A program made the translations under genes and the position numbers. The notes under the pieces are model-generated. The model worked only from the letters and a program-made list of their open reading frames with translations. It made no database searches and was not told the DNA's origin. Shown one piece after another: positions 13,151 through 25,912 of a stretch of DNA of 64,000 nt (positions are counted from its first letter, which is position 1; every line of letters starts with the position of its first letter). Source of the stretch: Octopus sinensis (taxonomy: Eukaryota); the NCBI RefSeq assembly GCF_006345805.1, contig NC_042998.1:147932001-147996000 (forward strand), given 5' to 3'.

Positions 13151-14418
13151 TAGGGGGTCAATGTTTAGCTTGTGTTTTTTTTCAATTTCACGAACTAAAA
13201 GTCAGAGGGGGATAGGATAAACTACCTGCATCAACTTGCTATAAAAGCACGTAGTAATTTTATCTTGTCCTTATTCTTAGTGCAACTTTTGAAGAGTGCA
13301 GTTCGATTTTAAGTTATTTTTTCAAAGCTCTAATGGAAGTGACAAAGGAGTACATTCGACATATTTTGTTTTATGAGTTCAATAAAGGCAACAATGCAAT
13401 GGAAAGTGCAAGGAATATTAATGCAGTATATAGGGATTGGACAATAAGTGTAAGCCAGTGTCAATGGTGGTTCCAGAAATTCCGAGCCTGAAACTACAGC
13501 CTAGAAGACGAGACTTGTCCTGGAAAATCTGTAGAGTTCAATGAGGACATCCTGCAAACCCCGGTGGAACAAAATCCTATCATAACTGTTGAGGAACTAG
13601 CAGAGAAGCTTGAATTTTGTCATTCAGCCATTCATTGACACCTACGTGCCATCAGAAAAGTTAGCAAATTGGGTCAATGGGTTCCTCACAAACTTTCTGA
13701 GTCTAATTGCATGCAGAGAGTGAATGTGTGCTCTTCTTTGCCATCACATCTCAAACAAACCTTTTTGGACTGAATAGTGACTGGTGATGAGAAATAGGTT
13801 CTCTATAAAAATGTCAAATGCCAAAGACAGTGGGTAAGGAAAGAAGAAACACCGGTACCCCAGGCTGAAGAAGGTCTTCACCCACATAAGGTGGTGTTGA
13901 TATCTGTTTGCTGGATGTGAAAGGTTTAGTCCACTTTGAACTAAATGATAACAAAGATCTACTGCAAGTACCTTGAGTAGCCTAAGTCAGTGCTAGAAGA
14001 AAAATTACCATCTTTGGTTTCTAAATGAAAGGTGTTCTTCCATCAGGATAATGCTCAGCCATATACAGCAAGGATGACATTCCAAAGGCTGGAGCAATTT
14101 GAATGGGAAACAATGCCCCACCCACTCTACTTGCCGGGCATTGCCACATCTGATTATCATTTATTCTGCAGTCTTCAAAATCCTTTGGATGGAAAAATTA
14201 TGAATTCTGTAGGTGAGTCAGAACAGTACTAGAGGAGTATCTTTTGTCAAGGACAAGTGAATTTTGGAAGAGAGGCCTTGCAAGTCTACCTGATATATGG
14301 AAGAGCATTGTAGAAAATGAAGGAGAGTATATTTTAGATTAAAAAAGAACTTTGTTTATCTTAATTTTGAAAAACGAAAGAAATATAAGAAAACCACATT
14401 ATTTATGGAATGACCCTG
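13151..14418 (+). mobile_element. Mariner (DD34D) element with decayed transposase, about 13333-14342
   Basis: MEVTKEYIRHILFYEF..., WVPHKL, TGDEK, HQDNA-x34-D (YLPGIATSDYHLF), with several stops and frameshifts. Right end ...ggaatgaccctg followed by TA; left TIR degenerate. Confidence 0.9.
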
Positions 14419-16562
14419 TATATTTTTGAAAGGAACACTTAAGTTTAGGAAGGATTGAGTGAGGTAAAATTCTGGAAAGGAAACAATTGATAAAATATTT
14501 TAGCATATGATGAAAAATGTGACATACTGATGACGTGCTGGAGAAAACACAGTCAGGTGTGATAAATGGATTTAAGTCAGAGTGATTTAGTCTTCAAATT
14601 CAGAGGAGACCATTGTAGTAATGATAGTAGATATGGAAACATAATGCGATTCTGTAATATAAAAAAGGATTAAAGAAAGTTGTTGAGTTCTGATTTGTTA
14701 AAAGCATGGCTTTAATTGGATGTAGTCCAAAATATGCATATGGTGATGGCAGTGCTGTCTTGGATACATGCTGAATTTTGTAGGGATTGGCAGTTTCTTC
14801 CTTTTATATATTTGTAGTAATTTCTGACTGAGAAAATGCCATGACAGTCACTGAATAAAAAGTTGGAAGAGAAATTATTAAGAGATAATTATGAATATTT
14901 GAAAATAAAGTTATGAAAAATAGTGGATATTCATTTTTAACAAAATACATTTAAATCTGTTGAAATTTCATTTTCATGTAAACTAAATTTAATATAGTTG
15001 TTAAAGTAAGATATCAAAAAAGTGAAATATACCTTCTAAATTAGCATTTCAGTGTTGGGTATTTGTAGTGAGGTTCTTTGCAACAGTTGCAGGAGATATA
15101 AAATGTTTGAATGGCATATCTTACAGATGCCAGTCATTTACTTATTGCACTCCACACAGATTCTTTACATCCTACACACTCTAAAAAAAAATAATAAATT
15201 CACTACAATTAATGGAAACTTTCTTTTCCTCCGTGGTTTTCTCTCACCTTGAGAAAACATTTACAAAAGCTTCATTTACAACCCTCTTCCACACACAACC
15301 TTAAAAACAAAGAAACTGCATATATCTTATTTTCATATCACAGTTACCAGACATTGTAAGTAAAAATAAATGTTACATTAGAAAAGAATTAGATACAATG
15401 TTAATATTAATACATTTTTAAAACTAGTTTGTAGTATGATCTCTTTTGATTGAATCAAAATAGAAGACTACCCATATATTGGCTGTATAGAAGTAAAGAA
15501 GTTGGACAATTTGTATTTACTGATAACTGTGGCTGGTTTTCCAGAAATTATGTGTGGTGGGGTCTGATGAACAGCTGATGGATAAAAAGTTGACATCTCT
15601 TTCATTGTGTCAACTACTATAGAACCATTTTGCATTATAACACTTTCCTCTTGGTGCCAACTTTTTATAGTTCCGAATTTCTAACGGAATTCTTTTCCAG
15701 GGCAAAATGTACTCTCATATAAACTGTTAGCATTGATAAAAGTATTTGAAAACAATGTTATAAATAATTAAAGTAAGGTCACACGATATCTTGCTTTCCA
15801 AGTTCCTATTCATTTTTCTCTCCTGTATGTCTGTTGTGGGAATTTGCCTCTGCATCATACATTTTATTGTAGCCAGTTTTGTTTTGGTGGGTACACTGTA
15901 TGACACATGCAAACATGGACATTAGAATGATGATGATGTTGTTATTTGATACTGCTGTATATGCCACTTTGTCTTATATAAGCTATTGTAGTTGTTATCA
16001 TCATTGTTTTTACATCCATTCTTTCCATGCTTGCATAGGTTGAAATAGTTCTTGAGACAGTATTCTGTGCCAACACTTGTTATTTTTGTTTCATATGATG
16101 AAACCATGAGTTGACACATATTGTTTATGGGATGTAAACATTATCATTTTTGGTTACACAATTACTATCTGGTGGAAACACACATGCATGAGTTATGTAT
16201 GCATATGATTACAGTGGGCTGTATGCATATGTAGTTTCTGTTCACCAAATTTCATTCACAAGGCATTCATTTGTCAGTCTGAGGTTATGTTAGAAGGCAT
16301 CTGCCTGAAGTGCCATACAGTGGGATGGAACACAAGACCATGTGGTTAGGAAGCAAACTTATCCACTCACCCACGATTGAAGCTACACTGTGCTTCATCA
16401 ACACTTTATTCACCAATGGGTTTTATTATTTTTTGGAAACATGTTTTGTGTCTAAATTTCCAAAAGTAATTGTAATTTGAAAAGCTTTAACATTCAAGTT
16501 GTTCTGTACTGTAATGTTTTCATAAGTGGCGGTAGTGTATGTATTCCAAAATGCTCTGATAA

Positions 16563-18644
16563 CACTGGGCAATGAAAAAATTGTTCTTGTCTGGTGCCTG
16601 GAATATTTCAATGAATTTGTATGTGATTTTGCCTACTAAATTCAAAAATAACTACAGTTTTTTTCTCTATCAGGTCTAGTTTTCTGACTAGACCTGATAG
16701 AGTAAGTATTTTATTCATACAAAAGGCATATAATATGGATCAATAAAGAGAGTGTAACACAAAACAAAACAAAGTACAAATAAAAATTCAAAATTGAAAA
16801 TGCACATTGGCAAATATTTTTGGCAGAAAATTGAAGGAATATATTTACACTTCTTTGTGCACCATAAATGTTGAGCAATAGGAGTATCTCGTTTTAAACA
16901 CCAGCAATAGTCTGCCATCATCACAGCATCCCAATGTCCTTGGTACCGAGTTTCTATCTCCTTGATGCTCTGATAGAATTGTTTGTCTTGTTCATCACTA
17001 ACATCTCTGAGATTTTCAGGAAAACGATCACTATAACTAAAAAGATAATGCATTTTAATGCTCATGTTCGCGCCAATATTACGAAAAGCTGATATCAAGT
17101 TATTAACAAGGTCTTGTGTTTCCCAAGGAAAGTTTGCATTACTTCTGCAAAGAATAGCCAAGCTGATGCTTCATTTTCGCTCATTGTTTTCATGAAATTT
17201 GTGTCCTTCAAGAGCTTATGGATCTGTGGTCCATCAAAGATCCCTGCTTTAAGTATTTCAATCACCAAGTCTGGAAATACACTGCAGATATTCTCGAAGC
17301 ACACCCCATTTTTGTCAAGAGCTCTGACAAGTTGCTTGATCAATCCGAGTTTAATGTGTAAAGTGGGGAAAATGATCTTATCTTGCTCAACTAAAGGTTC
17401 TTCCAATATATTGGCAGCTCTACATGGAGCCATATTTATTTGAGGTAGCCAGTCTTTCTTAACATAGTGGTTTACTCGGTCTCTACTGTCCCATATGCAA
17501 AGAAAGCATGGGTATCTGGTATAACCAGATTGCTGTTCCATAAGAAAATTCACCATTGATACAGTGTCTTCTCTAAAACCAACTTAATTTCTTATTTTTC
17601 CCTCAGAGTTGTTGAGTAGCCAAGTGGGACAGAACCATACACATTTCTGTTGTGCAATAATACACATTTTCGACTATGCTTAGAATTGTCTATGTAAAGA
17701 TGTCATTCCTCTGGCTTGTATTCCTCAATGCCAAGTTTATTAAGAAGCCCAATAAACCTTCTTTTGTGAAGAAAGAAAGAAGCTCTTCATGCCGACTCCG
17801 ATAAAGGTTATACAGACACCATTCTCTTGAAGATTCTTCACTTTCAGTCAGGATGCCAACAGTTCTGGAGAATTTTTTGGGAGTTTCAAGTCATGAACTA
17901 GATCATTCAGTTCTACCTGGGAGAATAGATGAGGTAAAGACTCCACTGAAAAGTCTTGATCTCTGGTGTCATCTTCAAGTGATGAATCTTCTTTGGTTGA
18001 GGGTAAAGTTATCTGAGGCAAGACATTAAAGACAGGAACAAGAAGCTTTTCACTGTGTGGAACCGGTCTAATAACACAGGCAAGATTAGGATAGACAAGC
18101 ATTTGTCAATTTTTCTATTTAATACTCTTCAAATTTAGGTTACAAAAATAGCAGTCATCCACGTGATTATAGGGCTCCCTCCATACCATTGGTGTAGCAA
18201 ACCTCATACTTTTTCATGTCCCTTTGGTCCATTGTTTCAAATGTTCTGTACATTGTTTGCAGACACTATACAGTGCCCAATATTTATCTTGGTCTCCCTG
18301 CTTGACCCAAAATATGCCATATATGCTCTTTCAACAAAATTAGTGATGTTTCTTCAATTTCCAGGTAATGTCTATTCTCCACAAACATAACAAAACACAT
18401 TTGCAGAATTAACGCAACATTTTCTTGAGGAGGACATCTTGCTCATTTTCTGTTGCTTAATTCACCACAAAATCTAAAAAGTATGGAAAAAGAAGAAAAA
18501 AAAACAAACTTAAAATTAGAATAAGATAACGAACACTGCGTACCGGACGTACACACATACATAGTGACTATAGACTTAAAAACTAGATCTGAGAGCTCAA
18601 AAAGATGTCTATTTCCTAAACACCAAAAACTTTGTAGAGTAGTG
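16563..18644 (-). mobile_element. Full-length Chapaev3-like (CMC) DNA transposon with inactivated transposase, about 18446 to 16830
   Basis: CACT...AGTG termini flanked by TAA on both sides (16560-16562 and 18645-18647). Minus-strand motifs RKCCVNSANVFCYVCGE, PMVWREP.NH.DDCYFC, QQSGYTRYPCFLCIWDSR, LHIKLGL, GIFDGPQI, MSIKMHYL, SDEQ...FYQ and MMADYCW match Chapaev3 transposases as I recall them. Confidence 0.8.
16665..16702. repeat. Perfect 16-bp inverted repeat with 6-nt loop
   Basis: CTCTATCAGGTCTAGT (16665-16680), loop TTTCTG, ACTAGACCTGATAGAG (16687-16702). Confidence 0.95.
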
Positions 18645-18834
18645 TAATACAACTGTATTTGGAGATCTCTTGCAATTTGGTGAATCCTAAATTTATAAAT
18701 ATGTAAAAGCGAGGTTTAGTTCTGGCAATATTTCTAGATTTATATGTAGTGAGTTTCTAGTGGGTTTGTCCTTATGTTCTTGTTTTGCCAATATGTGCTT
18801 ATTTCAAAGTTACAGGCAGCTAGTTAACTAGAAC

Positions 18835-19235
18835 ATAGTGGTTTTCTGTGTCATTAAAAAGCTTGCTTCACAACTATGTGGTTTTGGGTTCAGTCCTACT
18901 GAACATCACCCTGGGCAGTTGTCTTCTACTATAGTCCTTGGCTGATCAAAGCTTGTGTGAGTGGATTTGGTAGACAGAAATTAAAAGTGCATCATATATT
19001 TATATGTATTTGTAAGTGCCCTTGTCTCGAGATGTTATGGTGATTGTAAATGAGCATTACCACCATAGAAATGATGTTCATTTCCAGTCTTCCATGGAGG
19101 AAATATTCCCTTGCTTGGAATCAGGTGAGAATTGGCAGCAGAAAACATCCAGCTGTCGAAAATCAGCTTCAACAAATTCTACCTGGTCCATACAAGCATG
19201 GGAAAGTGAATATTAAATGAGGATAATGAGATGAG
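18835..19235 (+). mobile_element. SINE family B (tRNA/CORE-like head, RTE-type tail)
   Basis: Head gggttcagtcc...ccctgggcag..gtcttctactatag; tail catccagctgt..aaaatc...gcatgggaaagtgaatattaaatgaggat. Confidence 0.7.
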
Positions 19236-20649
19236 GACATATTGTTGCATTTCTGTTTCTCAGTAATTTTTGGAAGAAGAAAAGAAAGCTGTAAAACGTT
19301 CACTAAAAATCAAGGTTAAATTGTTTGTGATTGGATACCATCTTGATACCAGCAGCCCCTAATCTCCTAGCATAAAGATGCTCCCCTCTCCTAAATCATT
19401 GTAGTCTAGCAAGTTGCATAGCAACTTCATTAATACAAGTGCCATGAGAAAGCATTTGCACTAGAGTACAGTTGTTGGTGTTAGAAAGGTCATCCAGCTG
19501 TAGAAACCATGCAAAAGCAGACACTGGAGCACAATGCAGTCCTTGGACCAATTGGATTCTGTTAAAATATCCAACCCTTGCCAGCATGGAACATGGATGT
19601 TTATATGATGATATTTTTAGAATTTAAGTTTCTGTACATCTAAGACTTATATTTTCAATGATCTTAGAGCCTTTCTGCCATTTGAGCAAAATCATACATG
19701 AGTGTGTAATGTCAGATTTGTTTTTACATTTTGAACCATTGAACCAGGAAATGAACCGGGTATTTGCACATAGGGTTTTAATGTAATGAGAGAAAACAAT
19801 ACATGTATTAGAAATTTAATCCATATTTTTAACTATTTCATAGTCTTAGCATACAAGCATTGCACTTTTATTAAATTTGAAATATGTAGATGGGTGCATA
19901 TAATAGTGTGTGTGCACTTGTAGTGAGAGTGGATGCTTAGCCTATTCATTAAGGTTGAATATTATTGAAATGATGTAAAATTTGACCTTATATCTCTGCA
20001 ATAATTGTGTATGAATATTTGAACAATTCAAAATAAACATTCACAAAATGCTGTTTATAAATATAATTATATCTAAAGTTATTGCTTTCTTTTTTTTAAT
20101 ATTATTTTTCATTATCTGTAAACAGTATTATTGAATTTTTTTTTGTTGTAAAATTTAATATATAGGTTATGGAATGTGGATAATATCATAAACTGATTTC
20201 TCTTACTATGTACAGTAAAATTCAAATGTCTCAATAATGCAATGTGTCACCTTCCCTATCAATATACTGATTAATGCAATAAATGATTGTATATACATAT
20301 ATCTGTGACCTTGCAAAATGTATTTGAAATGTTTACAGCCATAGCTTATTGTCAGAATTGAAAATGTGCACAGAAATCTCTGAACAATGCACTTTATAAA
20401 GCACCATTTTCCTTGGAGTATGTTATATTTTCAAGAAAAGTTTTGTGAAAACACTTTGATTTTCTGTAATGTTTTCTGAATACCTTTGTTTGTAAATATA
20501 ATGGAATTGTCAGCATTGAAGTTTATTCGTCAAATTCTTAATTGTAAGCTCATAAGTATTTGAAAAAATGAACAAAAGAAACTGTCAGTAAATTTTGCAT
20601 CTCACTTAGTGTTCAAAATATTGCTGAAGATATTATTTTGAAAATATGC

Positions 20650-21270
20650 ATAGGCATGGCAGTGTGGTTAGGAAGCTTACTTCCCGCCCTTGTGGCTTTG
20701 AGTTTAGTTCACTGTGCAGCACCTTTGGCAAGTGCTTTCTACTATGCTGACCAATGTGGAGTTAGTTGATGGAAAATGGAAGAAGCCTGTCATGTATATA
20801 CATGTGTGTGGGTGGATGAGTGGGTATTTGGGTGTACCTTTGTCACAATATCATGTGATGGTTGTAAACTAGCATCACTGTCTTCTTTGAAAAACATGTC
20901 TGGGTATTAGGATTATTCAGGGTTGGTGAATGGAAGGGTATTGGGCCATAGAAAATCTGGCTCAACAAATTATGTCAAAATCTCAGCTAAGGTCCATATG
21001 ATCTTTGGGAATCCATATAAGATTTTATTAAACTTTATGTGTAATAAATTGGTTCCACCTCTATAATACATAGAATATTTTAACAATTTTCATACAGTAC
21101 CTAATGATATTTAATTATAAAGATATTATAGGACTTTATAGACTGAATGACTTTGAGGGTCTACTTTAATAAAATAGGAATCAAAGAGGTCCATGGGTAA
21201 AAAATGGATGAGAACCATTGGTCTAACCCAAGCAAGCATAGAAAAATGGAGATTAAAATGATGATGATGT
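20650..21270 (+). mobile_element. SINE family B interrupted by a hAT/Charlie-like MITE at about 20980-21220
   Basis: The SINE tail is split at aacaaattatgtc|...|gtctaacccaagcaagc. The insert ends ggtccatgggtaaaaaatggatgagaaccattg, resembling the Charlie-type ggttgagaaccactg terminus. Confidence 0.5.
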
Positions 21271-22017
21271 TGCTACTTTTACAAATGAATTACAAACGAT
21301 GATTTTTCTTCATTCAAAGAAAACTGCTGCATACCCCCATACAAAATTTTTACACACGGAATGCTTTATAAACTTCATTTCTATGTTTATATGATGGTGA
21401 TGATGATGAATAAGGAACAAAGCTTGTTAATTTTTTTCTTCGTAGTTTAAAAAGTTTCCCTCATATTTAAAAAAATAAATTAAAAGAAACCTCATAATCA
21501 TATCCCTGTTGAATATTACGATATCTGGCTTGTTTAAAATACATTCATTTTTTTTTTTTTCCATAACTGCCTGTGCTTGCAAAATGTTTTCTCTTCTGCT
21601 ATTCATTTCCAAAATCATACTTCTGTAAACTCCTAATTCCCTTAGGCTGCTTAGAATATAGATCTATCTAGCCATTTGAAAGAAACTGAATGTGGCTGTT
21701 CTCTACTGTAAAGAACCACATTTCTTTAAATACACAGCTGGTAGGAAATGTTACATTAGAAATTTGTGTTTGCTTGTAGCTAGTCTAGCAGTAAAGATAA
21801 CTTGTTTAAAATATTGCTGAATTACATGGAGGTCTAGCCTTAACTTAGGTGTTGCAAATACCTTCAGAGTATTTTTTTGGCATTTATCTTGTGTTGATAT
21901 ATGTTTATATCTTGTGATTGAGGAACTAAATGAATGAGGTAATTTGTCATTTTGATTTTTATCATAATAATCTCTTCAAATATGCAAAAACAACTGATTA
22001 CAAAAAAAAAAACCCCT

Positions 22018-22313
22018 ACTCTTTTGCCTTTACTCTTTTACTTGTTTCAGTCATTTGTCTGTGGCCATGCTGGAGCACTGCCTTTAGTCGAGCAAATCGA
22101 CTCCAGGACTTATTCTTTGTAAGCCTAGTACTTATTCTATTGTTCTCTTTTGCTGAACTGCTAAGTTACAGGGACATAAACACACCAGCATCGGTTGTCA
22201 AGCGATGTTGGGGGGACAAACACAGACACACAAACATATACATATATATACACACACACACATACACACACACACACATACATACACACACACAAACATA
22301 TACACACATATAC

Positions 22314-22344
<31 letters not shown>

Positions 22345-23986
22345 TACATACACACACAGTTACGGCCAAAATGTTCAGAATGGCATCGTTTTCGTCAGAA
22401 AAGTAGGTATAATTTTTTTATCAAAGTTGTTTTATTTTCTATAATTTTCACAGACAATAAATACGATATTAATTGTTATTGTCTGAGATTTTGGTGTTAT
22501 TTGAGGGGATAATACAAAAGTTATGGATGATTTAGTGATTTACTGCAAAACCATGGCAGCCAAAATGATCAGAACGGTTACTTTTACTCTGTGTTTTGGT
22601 ATATTTAACCGGCGAACTCTAATGTTTTGAATTTGTTTACCTGACGGTTCGTTTACTAAACATTAGTAAAAATATCTGCAGTGTACTTTGTTAATATAAT
22701 GCCACTTACTCTGTTACCAATTCGTCAGCAGATTATTAAGCTTCGAAAGAAGGATAATTTAAGTATTGGGTCTATTGCAAAGATTGTTAACAAGTCAAAA
22801 AGTGTTGTTCATGGTATTCTTAAGGTCTACGATGATTGTGGTTTGTGTGAAGCAAGAAAGTCTACAGGTAGGCCAAGAAAAACGACCAAGAGAGAAGATT
22901 GTGCTATAGTAAAGTTGGTTTAAAAGGACAGATTTAAAATTGCTGCTGCTGTTTCTGGGAAAATGAGCATTGTACTGAAGAAAATTTTATCTCGAAAAAC
23001 TGTGTCTTGTCGTTTAGTTGAACATGACCTACAAGCAAGAGCACCTGCAGTGAAGCCACTGATCAGCTCCAAGAATAAAAAGTGTCGTCTTACCTTTGCA
23101 ACCGAACATGTGTTGTGGTCTCAAGAGAAATGGTAAACTGCATTTCCGTGATGAATCTAAGTTTATGTTATTTGGCTCAGATGGGAAAAGAGGTACGTTC
23201 ATCGAAAAGTAGGTGAAAAATTGTTGCCTAAATGCCTTAAGACTAGTGTTAAATTTGGTGGAGGAAGTGTCATGGTTTGGGGGATGATATCTGGAGATGG
23301 TGTGGGCCCTTTGGTGCGATTACATGGAAAGGTAAATGCAGGAGTTTATAAACAACTTGTAAAAGATCATGTCTTGCTTGTGCTGAGAAATTCAACTAAG
23401 CGACCACCTATATTCATGCAGGACAATGCCCCATGTCACAAGGCTAAGGTGGTCATGAACTTCCTCAAGGTTGAAAAGGTTATTGTTGTGGATTGGCCTG
23501 CTCAAAGCCCAGATCTCAATCCTATTGAAAATGTTTGGAATATTCTAGGAGAACGTTTGAAAGCCAGAAATCCTAAAACAACCGAGCAATTATGGAATGC
23601 CCTTCAGGAAGAATGGAATAAGATCACCCAGCAATAAATTGAAAATTTAATTTCCTCATGCAGTCGAAGATGTCAAAGTGTGATTGAAGCTAAAGGGCTT
23701 CACACTAAATATTAAATAATTCCAGTATTCTCTGTCATTTTTGATTATTTTGTTATTTTTTTCAACCATTCTGATCATTTTGGCAGCCATGGGTTTTGCA
23801 GTAAATCACTAAATCATCCATAACTTTTGTATTATCCTCTCAAATTACACCAAAATCTCAGACAATAATAATTAATATCGTATTTATTGTCTGTGAAAAT
23901 TATAGAATATAAAACAACTTTGATAAAAACTTTTACCTACTTTTCTGACGAAAACAATGCAGTTCTGAACATTTTGGCCGCAACTG

Positions 23987-24050
<64 letters not shown>

Positions 24051-24200
24051 CGGGCTTCTTTCTGTTTCCGTCTACCAAATCCACTCACAAAGGCTTTTGT
24101 CGGCCCGAGGTTATAGAAGAAGACACTTGCCCAAGGTGCCACGCAGAACCATGTGGTTCGTAAGCAAGCTACTTACCACACAGCCACTCCTACACCTTTG
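22018..24200 (-). mobile_element. SINE family A split by a Tc1 insertion into its internal microsatellite
   Basis: 22018-22250 and 24049-24200 together match the intact copy at 42843-43272. Confidence 0.9.
22357..23986 (+). mobile_element. Full-length Tc1-family (DD34E) transposon with about 223-bp IR/DR TIRs; transposase pseudogene 22699-23715
   Basis: TIRs at 22357-22579 and 23764-23986 (CAGT...ACTG, then TA). Motifs DESKF, QDNAPCH-x34-E (SPDLNPIENVW), ending GLHTKY*. In-frame stops at 22921 and 23635 plus compensating frameshifts near 23140-23190. Confidence 0.95.
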
Positions 24201-24239
24201 TTTATGAATGAAACCAATTAGTTTGCAAATGAGATGCAG

Positions 24240-24600
24240 GCCAGCATAGCTATATAGTTAAGAAGTTTGCACCTCAGTCATGTTGTTTTGGTTTCAGTCT
24301 TTGTGTGGCACCTCGGGCAGGTGTCTCCCACTAAAACTCTGGTCTAACCAATGTTTTGTGAGTAAATTTGGTTGACAAAAACTGTGGAAATCTATTGTGT
24401 GTGGTGTGCTTGTTTATATTTATGCTTCTTCAAAACTTCTGCAGGTTTTGTGCCTTTGAAAGCATGTAGAACAAGATACCTCTTACATGAAAATCAGATA
24501 AGGGTATCCAACTCTAAAACAATGGCTTAATATATATTTGTCTGACCCAAGCTAGCCTGAAAAAATAAATGTTAAGAATGACTGAAACATAACAGATGAA
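24240..24600 (+). mobile_element. SINE family B, degenerate
   Basis: Head gttaagaagtttgc...ggcacctcgggcaggtgtc and RTE-type tail ggtatccaac...gacccaagctagc. Confidence 0.6.
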
Positions 24601-24981
24601 TGGTTAATATTTCAAATGAGTTAAATGCTTAAATAAAATGTACAGGTTTATTAGAATCAATATTGAGAAATCTTACAATTGATGAGAACAATAACTTCCT
24701 ACCACAGTACTGAAATATGTTGACAATAGCTTTATCATCAATCTGAGCCACTGCTTTACATTGAGGTTTGTAAGATTTAACCATAAAGAATGAAAGGTGT
24801 TAAACTATACTGTATGATTTGAAATCTCACTTTCCTTACAATCTGTTTTTTGCCCCCCCCCCCCTCTAGCTCAGTCACACTTGCTGAACTCCTAAGAAGA
24901 ATCAATACTTAGTAGTGAAGCCTTTATCTATAACCTGATTTAAATTTAAGATTCTAGAAGTTTGATATATATAAATATAAA

Positions 24982-24984
<3 letters not shown>

Positions 24985-25023
<39 letters not shown>

Positions 25024-25073
25024 CACATACATACATACATACATACATACATACATACATACATACATACATA
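24985..25073. repeat. Compound (TA)n/(CATA)n microsatellite
   Basis: Read directly; abuts the left TIR of the maT element. Confidence 0.95.
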
Positions 25074-25912
25074 CAGGACGCTGTGAATAAATTATCGTCT
25101 AAATTATGCAAAAATGAAAACTCATTTTAACATATATTTACCAAAATTACATAAAAATATCTTGAAATACTAAGGTTTAAATTTATTCAATAAAATTCCC
25201 ATTGGCTTCAACCATGGCCTCCAAACGACTTCAGAATCTCCTGCATCTCTTCTGGACAGTCTCCTTGTTTAAGTTGGTGAATACTGCCACAATCCTTGCC
25301 TTCATTACAAGGAGTTTTGTTGGTCTCTCACTTAACTGCGCCCCACTCATAATAATTAAGAGGTTTACAGTTTGGAGAGTTAGGTGGCCAGATGTCAGGG
25401 GTGATGCGGTCACAGAAATTATCTGACAGTCATGACTGGCTTCTCTTGCTTGCGTGGCATGGTGCAGAGTCCTGTCGCCAGACATAGGGTCTTCAAGCAG
25501 CCACCCTTTTGGTCCAGGGTAGCACTACCTCCTCCAGGCACTTGATATAGGCCTCTGTGTTGAGTGTGAGGTATGTGGGAAGATGAATGGAGGCATAATA
25601 TTGCCATCACTAGTGATCACTCCAAACACCATGATGTTGACTGGATGTTTGATTTTTATCACTCTTGGTACATGTTTGGGGACATGGCAAGCCAATGGTT
25701 GTTCTATGTATTCATCATCTATTCATGTTGGAGCTTCTGGTGTATAGCATGTCGTTTCCTAATTTCTGGCAGAGTGTTACATCATGATGCTGGTTTTCTC
25801 ACAGATGGTGCCCAACTGATCCTACCATATTGTGTAGTTGGCAAAATCAAAAATATTGTGCATATGTGAAATTAAAAATATAAAATGGCAACAATTTACT
25901 CATTGCACCCTG
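25074..25912 (-). mobile_element. Internally deleted maT/DD37D transposon
   Basis: About 30-bp imperfect TIRs (caggacgctgtgaataaatt and cagggtgcaatgagtaaatt) with TA on both sides. Minus strand reads IMVFGVITSDG...QDSAPCH-x37-(N for D) in WPPNSPNCKPLNYY...EANGNFIE*. Confidence 0.85.

Noticed and set aside
22161-22512. Several ORFs rich in HT/YI/CV dipeptides (also 23887-24207, 24902-25111, 42956-43239, 47542-47913)
   Set aside because: They are translations of SINE-internal microsatellites.
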